A DNA stretch of 64,000 bases from Octopus vulgaris (GCA_951406725.2 OX597825.1:85932001-85996000), one strand, 5' to 3'. Positions 27,420 to 43,379 are shown, numbered from the stretch's first letter. A program made the numbers and translations. The notes: generated by a model not told the origin, from the sequence alone.

Positions 27420-27815
27420 GGCTTAGCGGTATTTCGTCTGTCGTTATGTTCTGAGTTCAAATTCCACCGAGGTCGACTTTGCCTTTCATCCTTCGGGGTC
27501 GATAAATAAAGTACCAGTTTCGCACTGGGGTCGATGTAATCGACTTAATCCCTTTGTCTGTCCTTGTTTGTCCCCTCTGTGTTTAGCCCCTTGTGGGCAG
27601 TAAAGAAATATAATTGTTAGGAAATTACTATTAAGCATCTAGTGAGTTCAAATGCCGACGAGGTTACTTTGCCTTTCACAATTTCGGGGTCGATAAAATA
27701 AGTACCAGTGAAGCACTGGGGTCGATAAAATAAGTACCAGTGAAGCACTGGGGTCGATGATACCGACTTATCCCTTCTCCTGTGATTGCTGGCCTTGTGC
27801 CAAAATTTGAAACCA
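27420..27815 (+). mobile_element. Two adjacent SINE family B copies
   Basis: 27420-27610 and 27643-27815 both carry ctttgcctttca...tcggggtcgataaat; the second has a ~30-bp internal tandem duplication. Confidence 0.8.
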
Positions 27816-28117
27816 ATATTAAAGAGATCTATTACCAGACTAGCCATTCCCAGGCTGTTTTTTTTTATTTATATATTTGTTTTGTTTTGTGTGTATTTTT
27901 CTTTTAGTTTTGTTTTATTTTGATCTGAAGATCAAAATTAAAACAATCGACGGACTTCACAGAAGGAATTTCAAATCTACGCTGATCTGAAATCTCTTGA
28001 TATCGTTTCCTGGCGCGGTCGGGGATGAAGATGGATGAAGATGGTGAGATGCGGAGGAGAGAGAAGAGGAGACACTTTGGTTGCTTATCGCAACATTCGC
28101 AATCTAACAAAAGCTCA

Positions 28118-28720
28118 GGCGGCGGCGGCGATGATGATGGTGATGATGGCGATGATGGTGATGATGGTGATGGTGGTGATGATAGCGGTGGTGGCGATGG
28201 TGGCGATGGTGGTAATGGTGACGATGGTGGTGTGGGTGGCAATGGTGGTGATGTGGCGATGGTGGTGATGGTGGTGATGGTGGTGAAGATGGCGATGGTG
28301 GCGATGGTGGCGATGGTGGCGATGGTGGCAATGGTGGTGAAGATGGCGATGATGGCGATGGTGGTGATGGTGGCAATGGTGGTGAAGATGGTGATGGTGA
28401 TGGTAGCGATGGTGGTGATGATGGCGATAGTGGCGATGGTGGCGATGGTGGCGATGGTGGCGATGGTGGTGATGGTGGCGATGGTGGTGATGGTGGGGTG
28501 GTGATAGTGGCGATGGTGGTAATAGTGACGATGGTGGTGGTGGTGGTGATGGTGGTGGTGGTGGTAATGATGGTGGTGTAGCTTAGGTCTGATAGTAGAA
28601 GCGGTTATGATTTTAATGGTGGAGGTAATAGTGGTGATGATGATGATGTTGACGACAATGATGGTGATGGTGGTGCTGGTGCTGGTGGCAATGGTGGTGG
28701 TGCTGGTGGGGGTGCTATAA
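28118..28720. repeat. (GATGGTGGC)n-type 9-mer/trinucleotide tandem repeat
   Basis: Repeating gatggtggc and gatggtggt units. Confidence 0.9.
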
Positions 28721-28814
28721 TGTCGGTACCGTTGTTGCCGGTCCTACTGATTGTCGTAGTACCATTAATGATTGTATTGGTGTTAGTGTTGGTGTTAGTG
28801 TAGGTGTTATTGAT

Positions 28815-28865
28815 AAAGATGGCGGCTGCAGGGTGGGAGGGCGGAGCGGGGCCGCGGTGTGAGTA
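28815..28865 (+). promoter_or_regulatory. GC-rich island with YY1-like motif and GC boxes
   Basis: AAGATGGCGGC followed by gggtgggagggcggagcggggccgcgg and then gtgagt. Confidence 0.4.
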
Positions 28866-29190
28866 ATGATGCTACTATTTGCTATCAGCCTTCATTATGT
28901 ATCCAGTTTATATTTGATCTAATGGCTCACTTTTCATTTACGCAGACAGTCTGGCTTCTTAAGAATCGAGAACAGGCAGAGACATCTGTTGTGGAGGGTC
29001 TTTGGTGTTGTTTGGTGCCCACTAAAACGGACAGACTCGGTAGAGGAAACACGGCACACTGCGTATACATACATGCAAACATATACGCACGAACATTTAT
29101 GTATATATATAGATGACCGATAGATAGATAGATAGAGAGAGAGAGAGCGAGGGAGTTAGATAGATAGATAATGTATATTTATTATTATAC

Positions 29191-29239
<49 letters not shown>

Positions 29240-29342
29240 CCTGTATGCACGAATATGTATATGTAACTATATGTATGCATATATATATATATATATATCT
29301 ATATATATATATATATATGTACATACATATGTATGTATGAGC

Positions 29343-29378
<36 letters not shown>

Positions 29379-30214
29379 TCATACATACATACATACATAC
29401 ATACATACATACATACATACACATACATAACAAATATATGTAGAGACTTATATATATGCTTGCATACATGCACATACACACATGATGGACACACACAGGC
29501 ACACACACACAGGCGCGCAAACACACACATACAATCACATTTAATGTCCAGACAGCTAAGACGATGCATTGTCGTCAGAATATAAATATATTGCAAACAA
29601 CCAGGCCATTTCTGCAAGTACACCACCCCCACCCCTGATAACTACACAAACACCGACCCACACACGCACTAAAGCCTTCCTTTTAGTTCTATTTAGATGA
29701 GATGATGTGTTAAACCGACTGAATGAGGACAATCAGCCGTGGATCAGATAGTTCGGCTCCCGGCTTGTGGCTTGCCCAAGTTCAAACTTCTTCTGAGGTC
29801 ATATATATTGGACTATATCCGTCTCTTGCTAACCTTTTGGCCTTCTGCCAAGATGGAGAATTATTAATATTTCTATTGCTAAGACGGTTATTGTGTGGTA
29901 AAGTGAGACGAGCGTCGGAACATGGCGGGGGTGAGCTCCGCGCACGCCATGTTGAGAGTCGAACTAATATGCGGGTGTGTATGTGGTTGTATGCATAGAT
30001 GGATGCATATGCATGTATGTGTGTATGCACGTATGCATACATGTATGTATGTATGTGTGTATGTATGCATGTATGTATGTATGCATGTATGCCTGTATGT
30101 ATGTATGCATGTATGTATACATGTATGTATGTTTGTGTACATCATTATATGTGAATTACTTTGTCTATGCGTAAGTGATTATGTATGCGCACGCATATAT
30201 ATATATATAAAATA

Positions 30215-30543
30215 AATACATACATACATGCATGCATACATACATACATACATACATACATACATACATACCTATATACATACATACATACATACATACA
30301 TAAATACATACATACATACATACATACATGCATACATACATACATACATACATACATACATACCTATATACATACATACATACATACATACATAAATACA
30401 TACATACATACATACATACATACATACCTATATACATACATACATACATATACATACATACATACATACATACATACATACATACATACATACATACATA
30501 CATACATACATACATACATACATACATACATACATACATACAT
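30215..30543. repeat. (TACA)n microsatellite with higher-order interruptions
   Basis: About 330 bp with recurring cctatatac and taaatac variants. Confidence 0.95.
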
Positions 30544-30994
30544 AAAAAGGTGTACAAACAATAGCGGCGAAATCACACAACACGTTTCCTAGTTTTTAGA
30601 TTCATCTGAACGAATAGTTTGTCTCACAAACGCTGAACAATAATAAGCATGACACCTGCCGATCGTACCACATGACCCAGCTGATGAAAACAAATCCTTT
30701 TCATTATCTTATATCAACCAGCTTTATTTAAAAAGTCTAAGTGTCTTTCCACCCAGAACCAAGCATCCGAACGATCAAGAGATAGTTTTCTTAATCTTAC
30801 ATCAAATATGGATGTGAGGTGGGTGTTTTTGGTTAGTATTACTGTATTTAATGTAGTGTGCGGCAAAAATTTGATTAGAAATATATGTTTATAACGGAGC
30901 ACGGGTGAAAGTTCGTCCAAAGATTTGACGGATCTGGATGGAGGGTGACAGAGAGATCAGCTCTCGATGAAAAGTTCAGCTGTCAGAACTGCTA

Positions 30995-31260
30995 CTAAAA
31001 CAAGAATAGGAACATGGGAACATGAAATATTTGGACCATGTTTCAAACTGAGAAACTAGTACGAGTAATGGAGGAAACTGGACGTTAAAATCCGGATATA
31101 CTGAGGAGGGGTGATAGAGATTGGCCGACAGTGCCACGGGAAGAGAGGAAATACAATGATGCTCTTCTCATGTCATAAAAACAAAAGCATATCCAAATGT
31201 TGAATGGAACCCGGTCACAGAATGAACAATAAGAGCAATATTCCAATCGAAACTATACGA
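30995..31260 (+). mobile_element. RTE LINE AP-endonuclease relic
   Basis: Frameshifted TRIGTW..WTMFQTEKLVRVMEETGR*NPDIL...RDW and EWNPVTE*TIRAIFQSK, matching the RTE APE N-terminus. Confidence 0.65.
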
Positions 31261-31965
31261 AGAAGACATCGTAGAAAATTGTCAGCGAACAAGAGATTCG
31301 CTAAATATGGTAGCAGAAAGTCAAAACGTAACTCACTGTGTATTCTAGTTACAGCTGTGTAGACTGAGCTATGAACAGTTAAATGCTTTCTGTTGTTATT
31401 TAGGCACAGATGATATCTGTTAGAGCAGGCCCATGGTTAAAAGACACTCCACTCGTGGTTAACCTATTTTTTTATCCGACACTCTATTTGCGACCTTTGC
31501 GACGTGTCCTTCCATTTGCGACGTGTCCTTCCATTTTTAAGAGAACAGCGTGTAAATTGGTGGCGATTTAGCTTCGTAGATAATACCCTGGGACGCAGCT
31601 GGAAACCGTTGGCAGAATACGGAATGCGATCCTTTCAACTCGAGTTTCATCATGCTTCCAATTCCGCCATGACATCTGCAACCTTCTACAGAAATACAGA
31701 TGAAACAAATATGAATACACATATAAACACACACACACACATACACATATATATGCGCATATATACATATGTGCGTAAGTGTATGTGTGTGTCTGTGTAA
31801 ATGTATGTGTAAGTGTGTGTGTTATGCTGTTAAGCTATATAGTGCTAGTTGTCTGTAGTAACCATGTTTGAAGTGGTTAAACCTACAGATAGTATCATTA
31901 TCCGGCTCTACTAAAGCTATATCAGTGATACCAGCTACTACGTACGTACATACATACATAAATAC

Positions 31966-31998
<33 letters not shown>

Positions 31999-32834
31999 CG
32001 TGTGTTTGTGTGTGTATGTGTGTGTTTGTGTGTGTATGTATATATACACACATATATACATACATATATACGTAGTTATATCAATGATAGCAACGATTCA
32101 ATAATTTGGTTCTTCGTTACGAGAAAACGGATAACATTTTATAAATTAATGCCTCCCCACTGGATACTGTTGGCTGATATTCGATGCCACATGGTTTTGC
32201 TTAATAATCCAAAATCCCTTTCCTTGCCAAAATAACTGCTTTCATAAAAGGGTTTTTTTGTTTTTTTCGTTCTGTGTATTTATTTGATATTTCTGAGTTG
32301 AAAGCGATATCCCGAAGGGAGTAGACAAAATTTTCCGATAAGAAAGAAATCAAACCAAAATAATTTATTCTGAAAAATTTTTTAATATTTTAATTAACCC
32401 TTTGAATGTCTTTCGATTGCTCATTTCTCGTCTACGGTCACAGGTCCTTTACAAGATTGCAGTGCCAGTCAAACTGACGTGTTTCCCAGACCAAGATTCA
32501 TAAAAATGTAATTTGTTCTGCGAAGAGGGAACAATTCCAAAAACGAAATATTTTTTATGTATTGCGTTTCATTTCCTCCCACCATCCGGCTTTTCAATGA
32601 TAGCGGCATTTCCGCCCTTTCCAGGGCTTCAGGATTTCACCGTCACTCTAACAGGGTGGCCATCGGGCAACCTGGGATTCTGTCCCGGGCTTCTTATTGA
32701 GTATTCGCCGCTAACCTGTATATCTACAAGCCATTCCGCTATGCGCAAACTAGGGACCCGATAGATCGGCCAGATGATGACAAATTAACCCTTAAACATG
32801 GCTTTATACAATGTTGAATATAGTAAGAGAAAAC

Positions 32835-33035
32835 TAGCAAGCTTAGCAGAATCGTTAGCACGTCAGGGCAAATGCTTTGTGGCATTTCTTCTGGCACTTT
32901 GCATTGTGAGTTCAAATCGCACCAAGGTTAACTTTGTCTTTCATCCCTTCGGAACGATAAAATAAAGTACAAGTCGAGTACTGAGGATCGATGTGATCGA
33001 CTTCCCGTCTCCCTTCAAAATTTTTGGCCTTGAAC
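32835..33035 (+). mobile_element. SINE family B
   Basis: gcagaatcgttagcacg...gagttcaaatc...actttgtctttcatcccttcgg. Confidence 0.7.
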
Positions 33036-33264
33036 CTTACAAAGGACCGACGCCCCATTCAGTAGGATTGCTGTGATCTCGGTCTCTTATACGCCATGGA
33101 AACTGAAGAACCGCGGCCCTAAGGGCCCTAGGGCTCATATATATATATATATTTATATATATATATATATATATAATTCCATACATACATATATATACAA
33201 TTACATACATACATATATATATATATATATTACATGCATACATATATATAAATATATATGTATG

Positions 33265-33318
<54 letters not shown>

Positions 33319-33744
33319 TGTGAGTATGTATGTGTGTATATATATATATATATGATAACAAAGCAGTTCAACTCGTAGGAGTCCGAGATATTTTTGAGAG
33401 ATAGCACTAAAGAGTGGTTTCTTTTGTTTGCCCAATTTCCGCGGGAATATTTGAAGGTGACATGGCTGATTGACGAAACAATATATCAATAATTCGGTGC
33501 TCACACAAGTGAAAACAGTGAATGGTATTAAACTATAAGAACCATTTACCATTAGTACAAGACAACACGTGATGACAAGCGATCTCAGATAATTGAAGTG
33601 TTTGTGCAGAGATGTTATTTATATGTGGTTAAGACTGTGGGTCAGCGAATGTCAGCTTTAGAATCCCTGCAGAGTTTTAGACCAGATAACATTTGATGTC
33701 AGGTTAACGAAAGTAAATGTATTTCAATAATTTATTCCAATAAC

Positions 33745-34001
33745 GTGTGGTTGTGCGGTAAGAACTGTGCTTTCCAACCACATGGCTCCGGGTTCAGTCC
33801 CTTGCAAGACACCTTAAACAAGTGTTTTTCTGTAGCCCCAAGCTGACCAAAGCCTTGTGCATGGATTTGGTAGACGGAAACTGAGTGAAACCCCGTCGGA
33901 AACTGAGTGGAACCTCGGCAGAGTTTGAACTCAGAACGTAACGGCAGACGAAATATGGCTACGCATTTCGCCCGGCGTGCTAACAACTCTGCCAGCTCGC
34001 C
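33745..34001. mobile_element. SINE A 5' part (+) abutting SINE B 5' part (-)
   Basis: 33745-33898 is family A and 33912-34001 is the reverse complement of the family B head. Confidence 0.7.
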
Positions 34002-34722
34002 ACATTAGGATTGGCAAAAAATAAAAGAAAAAAATGATTAGCGAAACTATCAGCTGTTCCATTTTATACTTTGGAAGGTACCATGTTTAAGATTCGGGTC
34101 AAAGAGAGCTTTTCACAAAATATCTGCAAATAACATAAAACGCGATTGATTCGACGACGAGGTTTCAAATCGACCGGTAAGCACTCTTTACTTTCCTGAT
34201 TGATAGATTGCAGCCCAAAATATTGGTTTTATTCTTAGAATCGGCCAGGTCAGCCAAGTGGAAAACATCAGCTTCGAGAAACGTAATTAATAATCCACAA
34301 ATACACACACGCACGCGCGTATCTATACAGGCACACGTGCAAAGACACACACGCATACACACACGCATACACACAGGCATGTGTATGTGTACACAGGTAC
34401 AGACACACACACGTACACAGCACAAACAGTGGGGGGGGAGATAGCTAGATAGATAGATACATACAGACATGCAATCATACATACATACATGCAAATGTAC
34501 GTACGTACGTTTGTATGTATGGATGTAACTATGTAAGTGTATATATATCTATGTATATATGCACACACAGACATACACACACATATATATATATATATAT
34601 ATCCATTACACATATATGCATTCATTGATGTGTACGTGTGTGTATGTATGTGGATATGTATGTGTGTGTATGTTCATAAACACACGCACACATAATATTA
34701 AAAGAAATAATTCATTGCTATG

Positions 34723-35403
<681 letters not shown>

Positions 35404-35817
35404 TCCTTGTTGCTACAATCAAAAACCAAACTACCATGGTTGAAATATTCTTACATTTCATTCGTTTTTTTCCTAGAATTTTTATTAATCATATTTACAC
35501 ATCATTTTATGGGAAAAAAACACCTTTTTTAAAAATCTGCAAAAGAAGAATTTATTAAATGCAAGAAAGCATTAAGCACCGCGCTGCCTCAAGTGCTACA
35601 CTTTCCACTTTGGAAGTGGAATTGGACTCGCAGAGTTTCTAAGAAAACTATAAACAGTTTCAATAATCCATTTAGGTTTGTGCTGCGGTTTTCCTTGCTG
35701 TTGGGTTTCCTTTTTTTTTTTTCCTGATTTGTTCTTTGCAAACACATTGACTGCTACAGCAACGGTCATGAAGAATTTGCTATTTTCTCTTACATACATA
35801 CATACATGCATGCATAC

Positions 35818-35888
<71 letters not shown>

Positions 35889-35904
35889 AGACAGATAGAC
35901 AGAC

Positions 35905-36001
<97 letters not shown>

Positions 36002-36041
36002 TAAGTACACATTGATAGATACATATATAGAATGAAACAAC

Positions 36042-36111
<70 letters not shown>

Positions 36112-36419
36112 GTATGTATGTGTATTTGCTTAATGTTTTGATCTGGGTATCTCTTTTGAAATCCTTCCCATTGTGAGAGGAGCTGTATCCGATCTTACGA
36201 TACAAAATCTCTCATAAATTATAAAACTATCGAAATATTTTGAGGCAACTACACATTGTATATGTCTTGTCTCTGCGATATTTTGCCCTCCAGTAATAAA
36301 TAAACTGCTTTTAGAAGTCGCTTCTACACAAATTTCAATGGAATTTATTCTATATTTATGAGTTGAAGTGAGGAAGTATTAAAACGTCTTGGAGCAATAT
36401 AGCGATTAGCAATTTAAAG

Positions 36420-37280
36420 ATACATGTTTATTATATACATAGATGTGTTGCTAATTTAGCGTTTAGCAAGCCAAAAACATATAATGCATACCTATAGCAT
36501 ATATAGATATGTTAGTAATTTAGCGTTTGGCAAACCACAAAAATGTGATACATAGTTATTATATACACAGATATGTTGCTAAATTAGTGTTTAGCAAACC
36601 GCAAATATATGATACGAGCAAAACGCCCCCCGTCCAATGGACGATGCTGAGTTGCCAAACATTTAAACCAAATTTTCTCAAAACAACCTGTCCGACCGTC
36701 CCATAGGCCTCCCCTTTGAGAAACACAGATTTAACCTAAATTTGAGACACCAGCAAAAGAAGAAATAAAGATAGACTTTTTTCTATTCCAAAGAAAAACG
36801 ATTTTATTCACACAAATATGCAACCGAAGAGTTTAAATTACCAGTAATGATAAGGCTGTTGACTGGGAGGACACACACATGGTTTAAATAGTAAGCTTGG
36901 CAGGAAAGAAACGTGCCTTTAAGCAGTATAAAAACAACAAAAAATGGAAGGTGCAGTTATGTACAGGTTGACGGAAGAAAAGCAGGATAAAACGGTTTTA
37001 TCGATCGCATTCTCACCTGGAATCGATCTTTGTAATTTTTTCAAGACTTATACACGCCCTGATACCGTCGGTATCGACATATCAAATTTGAGCGCAATCG
37101 GATGGAGGATACCCGAGATCCTAGAAGACACACACACACAAACAGACAGAACGGATTTTATATAATAGATATGACAGTTATATTTTGATATGTTGATATG
37201 TTTATTGTTTAGCAAGCCGCAGATATATAATGCAAGCCAATTATATACACAGTTATGTTACTAATTTAGTATTAGCAATG
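36420..37280 (+). repeat. ~60-bp minisatellite (about 5 units) interrupted by an insertion
   Basis: The unit ~atatacacagatatgttgctaatttagcgtttagcaaaccgcaaatatatgatac occurs 3 times at 36420-36613 and about twice at 37170-37280. Confidence 0.7.
36614..37170 (+). mobile_element. Non-autonomous Helitron-like element
   Basis: Starts acgagca (ACTAG-like) and ends aaatttgagcgcaatcgg...(ca)n acagacaga...ttttatataatagat, a typical layout for this element class. Confidence 0.55.
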
Positions 37281-37419
37281 ATCCTTTTTTTTCCTTATTT
37301 TTGTTTTTTTAATTCTGTGTAGTACAGCAAATCGTCACTCGCGACCTCGCATGGCTTGGTAGCCATGTATTCGCGATTGGACGGAAAGAAAGAAGGTTGT
37401 GCTCATTAGAGCGGAAAAG

Positions 37420-37540
37420 ATACTGGAGCAACGCGAAAAGAAGTGTCTAGCTCAAGAATATAAAACGTTCCTCCCGATCTAGGAATTGAACCGTCAACCT
37501 TATCATCACAAGCCAAACATCATAACCACGTGGCTATGAA
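37420..37540 (-). mobile_element. SINE family C, degenerate
   Basis: ggagcaacg...aagtgtctagctcaag...ggaattgaacc. Confidence 0.55.
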
Positions 37541-38129
37541 CCTTTACCCAAATTTTATATTATCAAACAAATTGTTGAATAAAAATTTGGGGACCACCAA
37601 TCAAAACTTGATAAAGACTGCGCAATAGTGTTGTGATAATCCCGTATCTTTTTCAAACTTAAATCAATGTATTCGACAATAAATTTATACAACTCAGCAA
37701 CAAAGTTGTAACAGGAAAAATTTGAAATTTCTTTCATAAAGATAATTTACGTCACATGGTATTCGGATATTTTCTTAAGTTCAAAGACACAACCCAACAT
37801 ACAGTCATAATGAAATGCTAAGCTATTTCACAAATCACTTGATAAATCACAAATAAAACTTACAAACATCTTCAGACATATTGAATATACAATCAGCATA
37901 GTTTTCTCGTTTGTATTATTAACTCTCAGCCGGCAGCAGAATCGGTTTGGAAGACAAAGTAACGTCTTTGGAAATAAAGCATTCACTTAAAGCAGTCTTT
38001 GTAAATGGTCCATTCATATTCCTCGGTGGTCTCTTTGCCAGGCGTTAATGGTTTCGTTAATGGAACACTCTCTGTTCTTGCTATCGTAATATAAAAGCTT
38101 CATTCAAACATATACATACACACATATAT

Positions 38130-38191
<62 letters not shown>

Positions 38192-38210
38192 GTATACATA
38201 TATATATATA

Positions 38211-38242
<32 letters not shown>

Positions 38243-38828
38243 CATAAATACACACATAGATACATATATATATACACACATTTACACAGATGCATGTATG
38301 TCTGTGTGTATATGTATATATATATATAAAAACTTATATATATAATTGCACTTTGATACATGCATGCACACACACACACGCACACGCACATATATATATA
38401 TGAGTATGTACATATATATATACATATATATGTAAGTATGTGTGTATATATGTGTGTATGTATGTATAAATGTATGCATGTATGTATGTATGTATGTATG
38501 TATGTATGCATGTATGTATGTATGTATGTATGTATGTATGCATGCATGTATGTGTGTAATCGTGTGCGTTATGTGTCTGCGTCTATGCAAATACATGTTG
38601 GACATAAGAATCAGATAATAGGATCCGCAGAGCCAAAACCAAGACTATGAGTAACATTAACCATTTAACAGTGCAAGAAGAAACACACCAGTATACTAAC
38701 AGCAGGCAGTAATTACATGCATATATCATTATATTGCCTATTGCAGCAGAGAGGGTAGCAACACACACACACATAAAGATGTGTGTGTGTATTATACTTA
38801 TATATATGTATGCATATGTGTGTGTAAT

Positions 38829-39256
38829 ACTGGGATGGCTAAAATGTTCGTTCAGTTTTTAAAACGAAAATCTGATATAAGACACAAGTTTTAAACACAA
38901 ACCAAGGTATTCATTCTATGACATAATTATCATTTTGTTCCTGTATCTCCAGCCATCTTATTTGTGGATCCATTATTCCCTGCTCAAAGAATTTCCTGTT
39001 TTTACTGGTGAAAATTCTTCCAGGTGAATTATTATATCCTCTTCAGAGTAGAATGTCAGTTCATTCAATGAAATTCTAAGAGACCAAGATGGGAGGAAAT
39101 TTGAAGACAAAACTCCCTAGCCAAGCCCTAGTAACTTCTGTCATGTTTGCAAAGTAGTGTGTGGTTTGGAATTGTTGTGATGAAAGACAATGACCTTACA
39201 ATTAGCAAGTGCTGGATGTTTCTGGTGGATTGCTGCGTTTAATTTGGTGGTGGAGA
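38829..39256 (-). mobile_element. Mariner transposase relic (3' part)
   Basis: KLNAAIHQKHPALANCKVIVFHHNNSKPHTTLQT*QKLLGLG matches the mariner HHDNARPH..L.TRQKL.ELGW motif. Confidence 0.8.
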
Positions 39257-39257
39257 A

Positions 39258-39299
<42 letters not shown>

Positions 39300-39315
39300 T
39301 ATATAAATATATATG

Positions 39316-39452
39316 ACAAGCTTCTTTGAGTTTCCGTTTACCAAATCTACTCACAAGACTTTGGTCAGCCTGAGGCTATGGTAAAAGACATTTGTTCTAG
39401 GTGCCACGCAATGGTACTGAACCCGGAACCATGAAAACTTCTTACCACACAG
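39316..39452 (-). mobile_element. SINE family A 5' part
   Basis: gcttctttgagtttccgtttaccaaatc...gtgccacgca...gaacccggaacc. Confidence 0.75.
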
Positions 39453-40250
39453 CTGCGGCTTAGTTGAACATTTATCAATAAATAGCGATAGAAGTGTCTG
39501 CAAGAACTCAACAATTCCGATCTTTTCTTCAATATAATCGCCCTTTAAATTCCAGATATATTTCATCAGTGAAGTAGCAACCATCCTCCTCAATGACTGA
39601 ATGTATACATATAATGCAAAAATCCTTTTTTTTTTTTTTAATATTTCTAATAAGATTTTTGTTACACTGTAATCTGTGAGATATAGACCATAGTACGAAA
39701 GGTCAATGCTTCACAAAGATAACAAACCAATGAGAAGGAAGACAGAAGAATTGATACAATTATGTAGAGAACGGTTTTGTGTATTCGTATGGGAATGTTT
39801 CCACTAATTTATAGCAACTATAGAAGCAACAAAGTTCTCCATGCAACTGTAGATTACTTTAATGCTATTTCTGCTAAAAAAAAAAAGCTATAATCTCTAC
39901 GACTTGTGATTTTGAAACTCCACGTAAAAGCTTAAATAAATGACAATATACTCTATTGCTTATATTGAGAACTTTCTACATGTTCGTATATACATACACA
40001 CGTACATATATATCCTCATATACTACATTAGATTATATTATATTATTTTATTATTTTATATTTTATTTTATTTTATTTATATTATATCATATCATGGTAT
40101 ATTACATATATCTAGCAATGGAGGCGTATGTTTTCTGTATATCCATTAACTCTACTTCATACGCTGGATAATGTTTCCCGCTATCTATACACTTCGACTT
40201 GGACGATGTTAATGTACATTTCACAAATGAAACACACGCAAATGTATACA

Positions 40251-40319
<69 letters not shown>

Positions 40320-40375
40320 CCATATACATATATACATACATATATATATATATATATCCATATATATATACATAC

Positions 40376-40437
<62 letters not shown>

Positions 40438-40631
40438 GCGCACGTATATGTATAAATATGGATATATGGATATCAATGTATACAATTTCTTTGACAATAT
40501 ACGTTTATCAATACACTTAATTTAGATAATTCATACATTTTAGTTATAAATTCGCCTATATATGGATAAATACATAGAAAATTTGAATATATTTTCTTTT
40601 CGTCTAACTTTCCCTCTATTTATTAATAATG

Positions 40632-40703
<72 letters not shown>

Positions 40704-40799
40704 GTTAATGAATATATAATGTAATACTTGAATTTATTTTCTCGTTATCAGCAGTAGTAGTAGTAGTAGTAGTAAGGGGAGGAGGACATATATATTTAC

Positions 40800-40872
<73 letters not shown>

Positions 40873-41677
40873 ATATATATATGTATATATATATATAGTT
40901 ATATGCATTTTTATGTCTGTATTTGTGTTGTGTATAATATTGTGTATCAAATAAATGTAGTCATATGTGCAAACCCACACGCACTCTCACAGATACATAA
41001 AAATACATAAAAGTACATATATATATATATATATATATGAACATACACACATACATGCATTCATATATACTCGACAGATACACGAATACATAAGCGCACC
41101 TATACATGTATGCACACAAAAGCGCGTACAAAGATACAGAAATACACACAGCGCTGACGCACATACAAATATCCATACACACTCGCATGCATACATGCAC
41201 TCACATACATGCATACATACATTCTTACATACATACAAGCATACAGATAAAATAAGTAGATGCATACGAAATTACACGCATATACACGTAGTACATTTAT
41301 ACATACAATAGAAGTTTCTATTTATATATGTTTCTATTCGTATATTGTTGTTAGCCGTCGCCATTATTCTTGCAGCATTTCTATCGTCGGCTTCATCTGT
41401 TGGAAAATGGCGGCCAGCTCTCTGGTTTATCAGCATCGCGTCGACAACGTGTTGACTGGTGGCTTATCTTCACTGCAAAAGAAAAGATAACTCCATATTA
41501 CATGGCGAAGGACGGCGTCGGAACTTTGAGTACAACTAATTCAACGGTCGTGTGTGTCGACGCCTGCGGATGTGCACGTGTGCATATATATATATGGAAG
41601 TGTGTGTATCTGTATATATTTGTGTATGTATGTATGTATGTGTGAGTGTGCATATATGTGTGAGTATATATGTGTGA

Positions 41678-41715
<38 letters not shown>

Positions 41716-41895
41716 GAATGAAAAGTAAATATCAAGCTATCTAACTTGCGAGCTAACTCGAAATATGTGTGAGTTTGTGTGTGTGTGTGTTTCTGAGTGT
41801 GTGTCGGGGGGGAAGTATGTGTACATTTATGTAGCTATTTGTGTAGAGATATATTTAGCCAGCCAGACAGACATTCAGACAGACAGACAGAGAGG

Positions 41896-42040
<145 letters not shown>

Positions 42041-42329
42041 TTCACGTGTTGATGTTGCAATATTTTCGAAGACTCATACTATTAAATCCGATAAACACAC
42101 TCAACTGTTGATGTTTGTCTAAAAATCATTTCTCTTTCCCAAAACCATTTTCCGTTGCAGCAGCTCTGTGGCCATTTCAATGAGTACAGATTTTTGAATA
42201 ACTTTAATTTAGATTTTTTTAACTGAATTTCCTGTGATACGCAACACCTCCACAGAAAGCGGCTGAGCTGAATGCATTTATTTATGCTTTTATGTGCTTA
42301 TTTTTATTGAAAACCAACACAAGAACACA

Positions 42330-43200
42330 TCTTGCGTGGGTGGCATTAGTTGATTTTAGCACCGTGTATCATTATTGGAGTTAAAGAAAAATTGTTACAC
42401 CATTCGTTTATAAAAGTGCGAGAATCTGTTTCCAGTATCTTTACAGCCTTTTTAATGTCCTAACATTCTATTTTTATATGTCTATACAGAAAATATTTTT
42501 AGTTGAACATTTTAATCGACCCATCGAGTTTCTACTCTGCTCGTTGATAGAGAATGGTTATTTGTTCCATTCCATTCTAGTCTTTCCAGTATCCTGCAAT
42601 TCTCATATCTAAACTGCAGGACTCTACAAGACTGTGGTGGTGCCTCTACATGGCACTTTTATGCATTTCATGTGGCATTCTACATTTCTAGTTTTGCAGT
42701 TTATCTGTGAAATGGTTGTACACACTTTCGTTGTAAAGTGTTTCCTTAAATGGATATAAAGAAGTCTTAGCACGTTTCTGATGCTATTCTCACCAAAATT
42801 CCTTGGATTGCTGCATCCAAATGGATTTTGTTCATAATCTCCTTTTTGCATTTGTTTGTGATTTTGTTGACAATTGTTAAAATAATGCAACAATATTTAT
42901 CCGTCCAGCAATATTTATCTCTGTTTCTCTTGAAATCTGCTCAGAGAAAACAATATTGGCAAATATTGGTAGAGGAATAAGCTCGCATTCTGTTACCATC
43001 ACTACATCCGACACTGTTACCTACACAGACACAACTATAGCTTCTTCAGGCACTACCTTCAGCAGCCTGACTAATTCTTATCGGTTTGCCATCTCAACCA
43101 TCTTTGAAAAAATCCCAATTCTACACCATAGAAACAATATTTCACCTGAAAAGTTTTTTAAAAATAGTATCATTGACATAATGTTCCAGTACAAAAGAGA
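42330..43200 (-). mobile_element. Possible hAT transposase relic
   Basis: Broken frames give SRVETRWVD (hAT TRW motif) downstream of VPC...HHSL (cf. HC.AH.LNL). Confidence 0.3.
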
Positions 43201-43260
43201 TATCAGTGTTTACGCTTCAATCTCTCTCTCTCTCCCTCTTTCTCTCTCTATATATATATG

Positions 43261-43321
<61 letters not shown>

Positions 43322-43341
43322 TAGGTTCATATATGTATGTG

Positions 43342-43379
<38 letters not shown>

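Noticed and set aside
36420-36613. Regularly spaced repeats as a possible CRISPR array
   Set aside because: Whole units repeat with no unique spacers, no cas genes are present, and the context is eukaryotic.
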